Made by a program: the position numbers and the translations under genes
Part shown: piece after piece, positions 29,772 to 39,388 of the stretch
How the letters are laid out: each line of letters starts with the position of its first letter
How positions within the stretch are numbered: the first letter of the stretch is position 1
Notes under the pieces: generated by a model
Databases searched by the model: none
Told to the model about the DNA's origin: nothing
The model's input: the letters and a program-made list of their open reading frames with translations, nothing else
NCBI GenBank assembly: GCA_943354605.1
Contig: CALRCK010000001.1
Location: 148,936 to 212,935 of the forward strand
From: Candidatus Uhrbacteria bacterium
GTDB taxonomy: Bacteria; Patescibacteriota; Patescibacteriia; UBA9934
Reading direction: 5' to 3'
DNA: 64,000 nucleotides

Positions 29772-29848
29772 GGGCTCATAGCTCAGTTGGTTAGAGCGCC
29801 GAGCTTATACCTCGGTGGTCCCTGGTTCGAGTCCAGGTGAGCCTACCA
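29772..29848 (+). tRNA. tRNA-Ile(UAU)
   Basis: Anticodon arm CCGAG-CTTATAC-CTCGG, T-loop TTCGAG, encoded CCA. Confidence 0.9.
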
Positions 29849-30020
29849 GAATTCTATGTACTTCATTCCACCTCTTCTTCTTTTTCTCGGCGTGGTGTTT
29901 AGCATCATGGGCCGACAGCACCATAACCACGAATTTGTCGGGTTGGGGTATATTTTCTTTCTTGCAGCATTTGCTGCGGGGACCGTGTTGTTTCTTGCGC
30001 TCTCTGCGCTGTAGTAATTT

Positions 30021-30419
30021 ATGATGACGGCAAATCCTCATACCGCGGTGTTTTTTCTCTCCCTTTCGTGGTTTGTGATCTATTGGATTTTGGGAGGCGT
30101 GGTATTTGCGTTGATTGCGGCAGCAAACGCAATGCACATGCGGAAGGCCCGGTTTAGTTGTTTGTTTACGATCGGCGCCGCGGCCGCGGCACTTGGCGCC
30201 GCGTACACTGGTGTCGTGCTTTCTCGTCCGCAAGGGCTCCGATGTCCAGACGAACTCGTTTCTCGAGGGACGCTCCAGGGCGCGGAACATTTCAATATTC
30301 AATCGATCCTCGTGTGCGATTTCCGTGCCGTCCTCATCGCTGGTAGTTTGTTTTTCGGTCTCCTTCTTGCTGCCGGCATGGTGGCGATGCTTCTTTCCCG
30401 AACCGAAAAGCAGCGATAA
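30021..30419 (+). CDS. Small membrane protein
   Basis: 132 aa with three hydrophobic helices. Confidence 0.6.
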   Translation: MMTANPHTAVFFLSLSWFVIYWILGGVVFALIAAANAMHMRKARFSCLFTIGAAAAALGAAYTGVVLSRPQGLRCPDELVSRGTLQGAEHFNIQSILVCDFRAVLIAGSLFFGLLLAAGMVAMLLSRTEKQR

Positions 30420-30420
30420 G

Positions 30421-30545
30421 GAGGACTTTCTCATTTGGTCTATTTTCGACTCAGATCATCGGAAACTCGCTCAACGTACAGATGAAGTATGTCTCGCGAG
30501 CTTTCCTCGGTCTTCATCGAAACTAGACCAAATGAGAAAGTCCTC
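30421..30545. repeat. ~120-bp palindromic element, copy 4
   Basis: Arms GAGGACTTTCTCATTTGGTCTA/TAGACCAAATGAGAAAGTCCTC; core CTCGCTCAACGTACA..TGAAGTA.GTCTCG. Confidence 0.85.
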
Positions 30546-30598
30546 GCATATTCAAGTATCGAGAAAACAAAACACCGTCCGCGATGGACGGTGTTTTG

Positions 30599-30675
30599 TG
30601 GTGCGCGCACGTGGACTCGAACCACGGACCTTCACAATGTCAATGTGACGCTCTAACCAACTGAGCTATGCGCGC
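30599..30675 (-). tRNA. tRNA-Val(GAC)
   Basis: Cloverleaf, loop TTGACAT, encoded CCA. Confidence 0.95.
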
Positions 30676-30727
30676 AAAATGTGTGCATAGGATAGTGGCG
30701 AATGGCGTCGACTGTCAACCGCTGACA

Positions 30728-32155
30728 TTATCCATTCTGCGTGGCGAGATATCGGGCAAAATCCAGTGCTGCAGCGCGGGAGGAAAGATGGCCTTCCAGT
30801 TGAGCGCTGCGGATTTTGTCGAGGATTCCTCGGAGATGTGCGCCGGGGGAGAAGTTGAGGGCGAGGAGGTCGCGGCCGCGGACGAGTTCGTCTGGTGCGG
30901 GATTGTTCAGCCAACGATTGCGCTCGTTTCGAAGATCAACAAGATTCTCGCGAGCGATACCATGTTCGTGCTTTGCACTTGCGGTGGCATCAAGAAGCGC
31001 GAGAAGTTCTGCGCCGCGTTGGCCGCGAACAAGGCGCTCGCGTTCGGCGGGGGAGAGTGCTGCTGCGTGTCCTTGGGTAAGAGTGACGGTTTTGTTCAGC
31101 ATCCAGCCCGCGTCCGTATGGTCGAAATGTAGGCGATGATCGTCGACGGCATGAAGATGAAGACGGGTGACGATGTCGCGAAGCGTTCCCATGGCGCGAT
31201 CCTCAAGCAGCGTGAGGAGGCCGGCAAGGTACAGCGTCGCGCTCTTTTTTGCGGTGCCGTAGGCGCGAGCAATGTCGTGATGCTCAAGAATATCAAAGAG
31301 ACGGTTGGTTTTTTGCCAACCGGTTTCACCGTCGTCATGGATGGTTGCGCCGTGATGAAGAAGCTCTGGAACAAGGGACTCTAACGCGCCGCTGTCTTTG
31401 AGTAATGCGAGTGCGTATTTGGGATTGTATGCGAGCGCCATCAAAACATCATGGCCAAGCCGTACGCGAGGAATGACGTATTGATTGTTGCCGTCGTCAT
31501 CGTGATCGGTGCGATGAACCGATGCGTGATGGCGAGGAATGGCGTTCCACAACGCGTGATCGAACGTTAGCCCGTGCTGACTCGCTAAGCGAATTGCGCG
31601 AGACACGAGTGCGGGTTCTTGGGACAGGTGAAGCTCTGGATGATGAAGGGTGCGAAGAGTTTTGCGAGTGATGAGGTCGTGTAATCCACCGTGAGGGTCG
31701 TGAAGAACCCCATCTTTCAATGAATACGCCATCGAGTTGATGGAGAAATCACGAGCGGCAAGGTCGTCATGGAGCGAACGTTCGTGTGCGGGAATTCGCG
31801 TTGCCGTTCCAGAATGATCGAGCGCTCGAATATGCGGCACAGAAACGGAGATTGTTTCGTTCGTGCCGCGAGGGGTGACGTGCCAGTGACCGTTGGTGTG
31901 CTGGGTAACGGCACCGTTGGCGTTGAGGAATGTGTTGAGGACTGGCGGTGCAACGTCGCGAACGAGGACATGAGCGCGATGTGGCACAACGCCAAGAACC
32001 GCGTCGCGAACCGTGCCGCCCACAAGATACGGATCCGCGGCAGGAATATCGCGAACAAGCTTAAACAATAGCCCGAGTGGAGCGGTATCGGCAATATACG
32101 CGCCGACTCTTCGATGAGCCGGCATAGCGCGAGTTGAGTACCAGAGCGAGTCCAT
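30728..32155 (-). CDS. CCA-adding/poly(A) polymerase family protein with degenerate catalytic motifs
   Basis: YLVGGTVRD..LG, DL.ARDFSINSMA, DP.GG..DL, C-terminal G.DL...G...G.IL; DxD replaced by RAH. Confidence 0.8.
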   Translation of the reverse strand: MDSLWYSTRAMPAHRRVGAYIADTAPLGLLFKLVRDIPAADPYLVGGTVRDAVLGVVPHRAHVLVRDVAPPVLNTFLNANGAVTQHTNGHWHVTPRGTNETISVSVPHIRALDHSGTATRIPAHERSLHDDLAARDFSINSMAYSLKDGVLHDPHGGLHDLITRKTLRTLHHPELHLSQEPALVSRAIRLASQHGLTFDHALWNAIPRHHASVHRTDHDDDGNNQYVIPRVRLGHDVLMALAYNPKYALALLKDSGALESLVPELLHHGATIHDDGETGWQKTNRLFDILEHHDIARAYGTAKKSATLYLAGLLTLLEDRAMGTLRDIVTRLHLHAVDDHRLHFDHTDAGWMLNKTVTLTQGHAAALSPAERERLVRGQRGAELLALLDATASAKHEHGIARENLVDLRNERNRWLNNPAPDELVRGRDLLALNFSPGAHLRGILDKIRSAQLEGHLSSRAAALDFARYLATQNG

Positions 32156-32259
32156 GACGATATTGTAACATGGCTCGTTCCGTCATTTCGAGCGTCAGCG
32201 AGAAATCTTGTACGCATTCTTGCTCCGTTTACTCATTTCGCATGATACGATTTCCGCAT

Positions 32260-32436
32260 ATGCAGCCTATCGAATCTGAATGCCCGCTCTGCGGCGGCAA
32301 AGAAACGTGGACCGGTGCAACGGAACAGCGAAAGAATCTCACGTATTTTGAAATGAAGTGCATGAACTGCGGGTCGGTGGGGTTTGAGTGGAGCAAAGAA
32401 TGGACGGCCGCTGTGCCAAAAGTCGAATTGGAATAG
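32260..32436 (+). CDS. Small zinc-ribbon protein
   Basis: CPLCG and CMNCG pairs; -10 box just upstream of the ATG. Confidence 0.6.
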   Translation: MQPIESECPLCGGKETWTGATEQRKNLTYFEMKCMNCGSVGFEWSKEWTAAVPKVELE

Positions 32437-32496
32437 GCTTTGAAATTGAAGAGACCGCGCGAGCGATCCCTCCACTAGGGTTCGAACTCGACGCGG

Positions 32497-32715
32497 TCAG
32501 CAGACGATGATCTCCGTGTACGTGCCGTCGGGATTCCTGAAACAGAGTACCCGACCTTCTTGCTTTCCATGGACCACAGTCCCGAGAAGGTCGGAAGCGC
32601 GGCGCAGGGTTTCTGATCGTGAAGTTGCGCCGATGAGCTCGGTAGTTGCGTCGAGCTCGTCCACCATCCGTTGTGTGGCATCGATTTGGAGTCGGATTCT
32701 GGGGCTTGTACTCAT
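32497..32715 (-). CDS. Ribbon-helix-helix (CopG-like) protein
   Basis: RLQID strand, ..ELD.. helix, SRSETLRRA helix; AGGAG SD. Confidence 0.7.
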   Translation of the reverse strand: MSTSPRIRLQIDATQRMVDELDATTELIGATSRSETLRRASDLLGTVVHGKQEGRVLCFRNPDGTYTEIIVC

Positions 32716-32805
32716 TGTTGTGCAATCTCCTGTGGGGTCGGGCACATCGTCCGCCGGGTGGCGAGACGAAGTGCTAGAGTATGTGAAAATTATTGAAAAG
32801 TAAAG

Positions 32806-33945
32806 CTATTTTTGGCGCAAACTTGTTTTGAGGTGCGAAATAATACCGCGTTCAGCGGAGACGATGTCGGCTTGAGTAAGGGAAAGATGCGCAAATTCGC
32901 GGGTGCCGGTGGCGCGGAATGGGGCGCCAAGGAGAAGAGCATCGAACGGGCGTTGAGCAAACAGCTGGCCGGCGATGGTTCCGGTTTGGGTTTCAAAAAG
33001 GATGAGAGCAACTTTGGCAGAAGGGGAGGTGAGGAGAAGCTCGTCGGCAATGTCGCGCAATGCGTCGTCGCCTGCACCGGCGGTAACAAAATCCTGTTTA
33101 GTGATGAGCGTCCACACAAGACCAATCGATTCGTCAGCCTTGAGTCGAGCAAGTGCGCGGCCCCACAGTCTAAGTGTCTCCACCGACCGCGTTCGATAGA
33201 GATGTTCAACGATCGCTTCACGATTGGCATTTTTCTCCATGAGCTTTTGAGCAATCTCGAGCGTCTTTGGCGAGACGTTTGGTGCGCGGAAGCTCTTTGT
33301 TTTGCTCATCATGCCGGTGAGGAGTGTTGTTGCAACGTCGGGCGTAACGATAGACGCATCAAGGTGCATAAAAAGATTAAAGCAGACTTCGGACACGCTT
33401 GTAGCCGTCAGGTCCACAATATTGATGGTACCAAAGTGTTCGTTTTCTGGGCCGTGGTCGATAACGATGGTTGGCGTTTTCAAAAAGAAATCGGCGTAGG
33501 TTGGAAAGAGTGCGCCGAGACTTGAACGATCCGGCGTGCCGATTGCAATAACGAGATCGAATCGATAATCATCGCTTGCAATACGAACATCGCTTGGCTG
33601 CCATGCGCCAGTTTTTGGCGTGATGGTGACGACGAGATCGTTACCATCCACGGCGTAGGTTAGTCCATCAACTTTTGCGCGATTCAGGTCGACGCGAAGG
33701 GTGAGAGCGTTGATGTTTCCAAGGTCGCCGATAACGTTTTGCGCCGTCGAAAGAAATGTGAGTGCCTCTGGTGCGCGTCCGCCGCTTGTGACAATCGGAC
33801 AAGGAACGCCAAGGGTTTTGCAGAGCGTAACGATGCTAAACGCGGCGGTAAAGTCGTCCACGGTTGGTTCGGATCGAAGCACAACCACCGGACGCTTGGC
33901 GCGCTTGAGTGCCTCGTGAAATTGCTGGAAGAGCGCCAGGGACAT
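32806..33945 (-). CDS. DHH/NrnA-like phosphoesterase family protein, degenerate motifs
   Basis: IDHG..N..FG.IN.VD..A.S.SE, AT.LLTG....T.SF, LWG.AL. Confidence 0.8.
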   Translation of the reverse strand: MSLALFQQFHEALKRAKRPVVVLRSEPTVDDFTAAFSIVTLCKTLGVPCPIVTSGGRAPEALTFLSTAQNVIGDLGNINALTLRVDLNRAKVDGLTYAVDGNDLVVTITPKTGAWQPSDVRIASDDYRFDLVIAIGTPDRSSLGALFPTYADFFLKTPTIVIDHGPENEHFGTINIVDLTATSVSEVCFNLFMHLDASIVTPDVATTLLTGMMSKTKSFRAPNVSPKTLEIAQKLMEKNANREAIVEHLYRTRSVETLRLWGRALARLKADESIGLVWTLITKQDFVTAGAGDDALRDIADELLLTSPSAKVALILFETQTGTIAGQLFAQRPFDALLLGAPFRATGTREFAHLSLTQADIVSAERGIISHLKTSLRQK

Positions 33946-34112
33946 GCAGAAGATGAAGAAAGTGTGAGGAACTAGCCTATCGGCTGCGGAGGTTATGGTC
34001 AAGGTTTTTAGTGTACGAAGTGTGGGTATTCGCCCAATGTTGGCCGAAAACAATCCACGGCCCAGACTCCCAAGGGGATCCAGGCCGTGGCGTGCGTCGG
34101 CGTATGAACAAC

Positions 34113-34538
34113 TCACTCCACTGACTGTGCTTTTCCTCGAATGCACGGTGTTTGCCCGCAGCACGGACCTTGGTAGGCGTCGAGCACGCGTCGAATGGTC
34201 CTAGTTTTCTCGCCGGAAGGGACGCCGGCTGGACAACTCTGGACGAGGATTTCGAGGAGCTCCTTGGTTCCGCAGCGTTCCTGACATCCGCGTTGATCCT
34301 GCGCTCCTTGGATGACCCGTGCCGTGAACGCGGTGGCGAATGCCGGGTTCAGGGCGCCGCTCATGATTCGTTCCGAGATCCGTGCTGCGCATGAAGCGAT
34401 GGTGCCAGAGCCCGGTTCGCCGAGAAGGGGCTCGAGATGCTCCACAGGGATCATGTTCAGAACGAGGTCTGCAGCGATCAGAGCAGCGATTTTTTCTAGG
34501 GCAGGAGAGGTGTTGGGCGGCGTCTTGGCAGCTGTCAT
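34113..34538 (-). CDS. GC-rich orphan protein
   Basis: Compact ORF divergent from valS, hairpin downstream. Confidence 0.45.
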   Translation of the reverse strand: MTAAKTPPNTSPALEKIAALIAADLVLNMIPVEHLEPLLGEPGSGTIASCAARISERIMSGALNPAFATAFTARVIQGAQDQRGCQERCGTKELLEILVQSCPAGVPSGEKTRTIRRVLDAYQGPCCGQTPCIRGKAQSVE

Positions 34539-34620
34539 TGTCGTTATCCGAAGCGAAGAAAGCCAGTTGGACCACGAATCTACCCCAAAATCCACTTTTC
34601 GTCTACACTTGCCTTCATCT

Positions 34621-37272
34621 ATGGCAAACGAAATGGCAAAGGCGTACGAGGCGAAGCTTGTGGAGGATGGAATCTACGAATCTTGGCTAAGCTCAGGCTT
34701 TTTTACGCCAGAGAACCTGCCGAATGTTACGGATTCTACCGAAGCCTTCACCATTGTCATGCCGCCGCCAAACGTTACCGGTGTTCTTCACCTTGGCCAC
34801 GCCCTGGAAAATTCCCTCATGGATGCAATGGTTCGCTACCAGCGCCTTTTGGGAAAGAAAGCGCTACTCGTTCCGGGCACCGACCACGCCGCTATCGCCA
34901 CACAAGCTCGAGTAGAGAAAAATCTCATGGCTGGCGGAATGAAACATCCTCGGCAGGAGCTTGGCCGCGAAGCGCTTGTGGAGAAGATTCGCGAATTTGC
35001 GGAGGAATCAAAGGCGACCATTTTGAAGCAGGTAAAGAAATTGGGAACCAGCGCGGACTGGAGCCGTTTGGCGTATACATTCGACGCGAAGCGTAATACT
35101 GCAGTGAATGAATTGTTTGCGCGAATGTACAACGACGGTTTGATCTATCGTGGATTTCGCGTGGTGAATTGGTCGGTGAAGGGCCAGTCCACATGTTCTG
35201 ACGACGAGATCGAGACGATCGAGCGCGAATCCGTCCTTTATACGTTTAAGTACAGCAAAGATTTCCCAATCGCGATTTCGACGACACGACCGGAAACGAA
35301 GGTTGGTGATACTGCTGTTGCAGTGCACCCAACCGACGATCGCTATAAAGCATTTATCGGAAAGACGTTTGATGTTGATTTCGCGGGGGCGAAGCTCTCG
35401 ATCAAAGTGATTGCGAGCGATGCGGTTGATCCGTCGTTTGGAACCGGTGCGCTCGGCGTGACTCCTGCGCATAGCGCAATCGACTTCGGTATGTACGAAG
35501 TGCAGAAAGCAAAACAGGATCCTATTGCAATCAAACAGGTGATTGGTGCGGACGGGAAGATGACCGCCGATGCGGGGTCTGTTGCTGGCATGAGCTTCGA
35601 AGCGGCGCGCGAATCGATCGTTGCGTGGTTGAAAGAACAAGGACTTCTCGAAAAAGAAGACAAGGTTGTTCAGAACGTCGGCACGTCCGATCGGTATGGC
35701 GACGTGATCGAAGCCATTCCGATGACACAGTGGTGGCTGGATGTGAATAGAGAAATTCCGGGGCGCGGCAAAACATTGCGTGACTTGATGCGTGAAGCGG
35801 TGACGACTGGAATTGGGGGAGACTCGAGTCAGAAGGTGTCGATCACGCCAGATCGATTTACAAAACTCTATCTCGATCGCGTGGAAAACCTCCGCGACTG
35901 GTGCCTTTCGCGTCAGCTGTGGTGGGGTCATCGTATTCCTGCGTGGTACCGCGGGGAAGAGCTTGTTGTTGGCGTAAGGCCAGAAGGGGACGGTTGGGTT
36001 CAGGACGAAGACACGCTCGACACGTGGTTCAGTTCCGGAAGCTGGACATTCTCGACGCTTGGCTGGCCAGAACAGACTGCGGACCTCAAGACCTTCCATC
36101 CAACGAACTGGATTCAGATGGGGTACGAGATTTTGTATCTCTGGTTGATGCGCATGATTTTGATGAGCTCCTACGCGCTCAATCAAATCCCGTTTACGGA
36201 CACCTACATTCATGGAATCCTCCGCGACAAGGACGGAAAGAAGTTCTCAAAGTCGTCTGGCAACGGAATCGATCCTATTGAAGTCATCGAAGCATACGGC
36301 TGCGACGCACTGCGTATTTCGGTGCTTTCTGGCAACACGCCAGGAAACGATTCGCGCTATTACACAGAGAAAGTGGAAGCTGCACGCAACCTTGTGAACA
36401 AGCTGTGGAACATTTCGCGATTTATCATCGGAAACGCCGGAGGAGCACGACACGTAGACGCCCCCTCCGACTCCCCCATAAATGGGGGAGAGGCGTCGTT
36501 GACTCTCGCGGATCGATGGATTCTTGCGCGATTCAGCGAGACGGCGAAGAAGGTTGGATCGTTGATCGACCGTTACGACTTCTCGTTGGCCATCGAAGTG
36601 TTGCGCGACTTCACGTGGAACGACTTTGCCGATTGGTACCTCGAGATTGCGAAGATCGAAGGCGAGAAGAGCGACGTGCTCCTCTACATTCTCGAGCGTT
36701 TGCTCATCCTTTGGCACCCATTCGCGCCATTCGTGACAGAGGAAATCTACAAGAGCTTCGATTCTGGAATGATCATCGTTGCGAAGTGGCCAAGGGATTT
36801 GGATGGAAAATGGAAAATGGAAAATGGAAAATTGTTTGAGGAGCTCAAAGAAACAATCATCGCAATTCGAAACTATTTGTCCGAACACAAGACATTACCG
36901 AAGGATGTGGAATCGATCACGATAGTGAACACTGGTGCTTTGGCGGGGATGGAGTCGATTATTGGCGGATTGACCAAAGTGAAATCGATCCGATCGAGTG
37001 ATGAGCGTCCGGAATCGATTACGCCAATTGTCGTCGGTGCGGCGCAAATCTTTGTTCAGTTGCCAGCTGTCGATGCCGCATCGGAGAAGATCCGTATTGA
37101 ATCCGAGATCGCCGACGCGACAACATTCATCGCAGCTCAGGAATCAAAGCTCGCGAATGAAGATTTTGTGAAGCGTGCGCCGGAGAAGGTGATTGCGCTG
37201 GAGCGACAAAAGCTTGCCGATCTTCAGGAAAAACTCGCCGCGCTCCAAAAAGAGCACGCAGCGTTTCTATAA
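34621..37272 (+). CDS. valS: Valyl-tRNA ligase
   Basis: PPPNVTGVLHLGH, GTDHAAIATQ, DWCLSRQLWWGHRIP, KFSKS, C-terminal coiled coil. Confidence 0.97.
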   Translation: MANEMAKAYEAKLVEDGIYESWLSSGFFTPENLPNVTDSTEAFTIVMPPPNVTGVLHLGHALENSLMDAMVRYQRLLGKKALLVPGTDHAAIATQARVEKNLMAGGMKHPRQELGREALVEKIREFAEESKATILKQVKKLGTSADWSRLAYTFDAKRNTAVNELFARMYNDGLIYRGFRVVNWSVKGQSTCSDDEIETIERESVLYTFKYSKDFPIAISTTRPETKVGDTAVAVHPTDDRYKAFIGKTFDVDFAGAKLSIKVIASDAVDPSFGTGALGVTPAHSAIDFGMYEVQKAKQDPIAIKQVIGADGKMTADAGSVAGMSFEAARESIVAWLKEQGLLEKEDKVVQNVGTSDRYGDVIEAIPMTQWWLDVNREIPGRGKTLRDLMREAVTTGIGGDSSQKVSITPDRFTKLYLDRVENLRDWCLSRQLWWGHRIPAWYRGEELVVGVRPEGDGWVQDEDTLDTWFSSGSWTFSTLGWPEQTADLKTFHPTNWIQMGYEILYLWLMRMILMSSYALNQIPFTDTYIHGILRDKDGKKFSKSSGNGIDPIEVIEAYGCDALRISVLSGNTPGNDSRYYTEKVEAARNLVNKLWNISRFIIGNAGGARHVDAPSDSPINGGEASLTLADRWILARFSETAKKVGSLIDRYDFSLAIEVLRDFTWNDFADWYLEIAKIEGEKSDVLLYILERLLILWHPFAPFVTEEIYKSFDSGMIIVAKWPRDLDGKWKMENGKLFEELKETIIAIRNYLSEHKTLPKDVESITIVNTGALAGMESIIGGLTKVKSIRSSDERPESITPIVVGAAQIFVQLPAVDAASEKIRIESEIADATTFIAAQESKLANEDFVKRAPEKVIALERQKLADLQEKLAALQKEHAAFL
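36460..36493 (-). repeat. In-frame palindromic insertion in valS
   Basis: Reverse complement CCTCTCCCCCATTTATGGGGGAGTCGGAGGGGGC matches copies at 55951 and 62977. Confidence 0.85.
36804..36831 (+). repeat. Heptamer tandem repeat (TGGAAAA)x4 inside valS
   Basis: Read directly; encodes GKWKMENGK. Confidence 0.85.
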
Positions 37273-37319
37273 ACGCGGGGTTTCTGCTAGAATTGAAGTA
37301 AGAATCACTCAAGAATCAT

Positions 37320-37520
37320 ATGGTTTCTCTCGCGGTAAAGATTCGAAAAGGGCAAGGATCACAAACCGTCTCACTTGAGATGAGTTCACGTTCGTTTGAA
37401 CGCTTTGCGGCAGCTTTCGGGCTTTTTCGCAAAGAGTTTCTTCAGAGCTTAGCTCGCTCTCAGCGAGATATCCGCGAAGGACGTGTGAGAACGATTACAT
37501 CCTTCAAAGAACTGGAGTAG
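37320..37520 (+). CDS. Putative type II antitoxin
   Basis: 66 aa upstream of a RelE-like gene; F..SL..S..DI.EGRV C-terminus. Confidence 0.7.
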   Translation: MVSLAVKIRKGQGSQTVSLEMSSRSFERFAAAFGLFRKEFLQSLARSQRDIREGRVRTITSFKELE

Positions 37521-37524
37521 ATGT

Positions 37525-37797
37525 ATGTGGACGATTCGCGTATCGGAAGAATTTGTAAAACAGTATAAAGCATTGCCAATTCTTATTCGTAAGCGCATTC
37601 AAAGGCAAGAAGACTTGTTTCAAGAAAATCCATTTCATCCATCGCTTCATACCGAAAAACTTGAGCCGAAGAAAGACCAAGTGTGGAGTATTCGTGTTGA
37701 TCGTCGATACCGTATTCTTTTCCAGTTTCAGGATTCCAATACGGTAATATTCGTTGCAGTTGGTCCGCATGATTGGATTTATACGTCTGCGATGTAA
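37525..37797 (+). CDS. RelE/ParE family mRNA interferase toxin
   Basis: F.KQYK.L, NPFHPSLHT.KL, WSIRV...YRILF, VG.HD.IY. Confidence 0.88.
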   Translation: MWTIRVSEEFVKQYKALPILIRKRIQRQEDLFQENPFHPSLHTEKLEPKKDQVWSIRVDRRYRILFQFQDSNTVIFVAVGPHDWIYTSAM

Positions 37798-37799
37798 TT

Positions 37800-38171
37800 A
37801 TGGTATTTTCCCTCGGCGCACATCTCATTTTTGTCTCAGACGTAGAAGCGTCGAAAGCTTTTTATCGGGACATTCTTGGGTTTGCGCTTGTTGAGGAGAA
37901 TCCGCACTTTACCGAATATACGTTGCCCGGCGGGCGGCTGTACGTTGAGGAAAAGAATCCCAGCCGGGCAAAAGGTTTTGAGAATATTCATATCGGCGGT
38001 CCAACAGGAATCGTGCTCGCGGTTGACGATATTCGCGCCGCGATCGACGAGTTGCGACGCGCAGGCGTGACGATTCTCGTAGAGCCTATCCAACAGACAT
38101 GGGGCGGATGGAATGCCATTATTGCTGATGTGGATGGCAACCAACTTATTCTCGATGAAGATCATGCGTAA
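37800..38171 (+). CDS. VOC/glyoxalase family protein
   Basis: V.D...S.AFY.D.LGF, V.DI, WGG....D.DGN. Confidence 0.88.
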   Translation: MVFSLGAHLIFVSDVEASKAFYRDILGFALVEENPHFTEYTLPGGRLYVEEKNPSRAKGFENIHIGGPTGIVLAVDDIRAAIDELRRAGVTILVEPIQQTWGGWNAIIADVDGNQLILDEDHA

Positions 38172-38175
38172 TTCT

Positions 38176-39387
38176 ATGAACGTCATTACCGATGAACACA
38201 AAATTGATCGTCTCCTTACGCGCGGTGTCGCCGCCGTGTATCCAACTGCAGAAAAGTTGCGTGAACAGCTTATGAGCGGGCGGCGATTGCGTATTTACCA
38301 TGGCGTCGATCCTACGGCGCCGTACTTGCATATCGGCCACGCAGTGCAGTTCCGCAAGCTTCGCGAATTCCAGAATCTTGGTCATGAGGTGATTTTGTTG
38401 CTCGGATCGTTTACTGCGATGATTGGTGATCCAACGGATAAGCTCGCAACACGAAAGCAGCTCACCAAACAGGAAGTGCTCAACAACGCCGCAACGTACA
38501 AAAAGCAGGCGTCGAAGATTCTCAAGTTCTCTGGCGACAACGCCGTGAAGCTGATGTTTAATGATAAATGGTTGGCAAAGATGACGTTTGCAAACGTTGT
38601 CGATCTTGCAAGTCACTTCACCGTTCAGCAGATGATGGAGCGCGACATGTTTGCGAAGCGCGAGGCTGAGCAGAAGCCAATTTATCTTCATGAATTCTTC
38701 TACCCGCTGATGCAGGGCTACGATTCTGTGGCGATGGATGTGGATGTCGAGCTTGGTGGAAATGACCAAACCTTCAACATGCTTGCGGGCCGCACGTTGA
38801 TGCGAGAGATGAAGCAGAAGGAGAAATTCGTCGTTGCAACGTCGCTCCTCACGAACAGCGAAGGAAAGAAGATGAGCAAGAGTGAGGGCGGCATCATCGG
38901 TCTCACTGATGCGCCGGAAGATATGTTTGGAAAGATCATGGCAATGGACGACAGCATGATCGTTCCATACTTCACGCTTGCAACTGATCTTGAAGATGAG
39001 GAAATCGCCGCTGTTGAATCCGCGATTGCTGGCGGCATGAACCCGCGTGATGCAAAGATGCGCTTGGCCGAAACGGTGGTGGAGACGTACCACAACAAGA
39101 GCAAAGCGAAGGCGGCGAAGAAGCATTTCTTGCAAGTGTTCAGCAACAAAGAAATGCCAGATGTTATTCCAGAACTACAACTGAGCGGTCGAACGCTGAC
39201 CATCGTTGAAGTGTTGGTTGAGGCTGGATTCGCGCCATCGAAGGGCGAGGCAAAGCGGCTTATCGAACAGGGTGGTGTAAAGATCGGATCCGGAGTTGTC
39301 GGCGATCCGATGTTGCAGGTTTCGCCTCGTACTGATGAAGTGATAGTCCAAAAGGGCAAGCGATTCTTCGTGAAACTTCTTCCATAA
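38176..39387 (+). CDS. tyrS: Tyrosyl-tRNA ligase
   Basis: G.DPTA..LHIGH, YPLMQGYD, GG.DQ.FN, KMSKS, S4 domain. Confidence 0.97.
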   Translation: MNVITDEHKIDRLLTRGVAAVYPTAEKLREQLMSGRRLRIYHGVDPTAPYLHIGHAVQFRKLREFQNLGHEVILLLGSFTAMIGDPTDKLATRKQLTKQEVLNNAATYKKQASKILKFSGDNAVKLMFNDKWLAKMTFANVVDLASHFTVQQMMERDMFAKREAEQKPIYLHEFFYPLMQGYDSVAMDVDVELGGNDQTFNMLAGRTLMREMKQKEKFVVATSLLTNSEGKKMSKSEGGIIGLTDAPEDMFGKIMAMDDSMIVPYFTLATDLEDEEIAAVESAIAGGMNPRDAKMRLAETVVETYHNKSKAKAAKKHFLQVFSNKEMPDVIPELQLSGRTLTIVEVLVEAGFAPSKGEAKRLIEQGGVKIGSGVVGDPMLQVSPRTDEVIVQKGKRFFVKLLP

Positions 39388-39388
39388 T

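Noticed and set aside
34312-34620. 103-aa N-terminal extension of ValRS in the ORF track
   Set aside because: It is the antisense of the divergent GC-rich gene; ValRS similarity starts at ATG 34621.
37320-37797. RelE-type toxin-antitoxin pair as a novel system
   Set aside because: Ordinary type II TA organisation; listed as features only.
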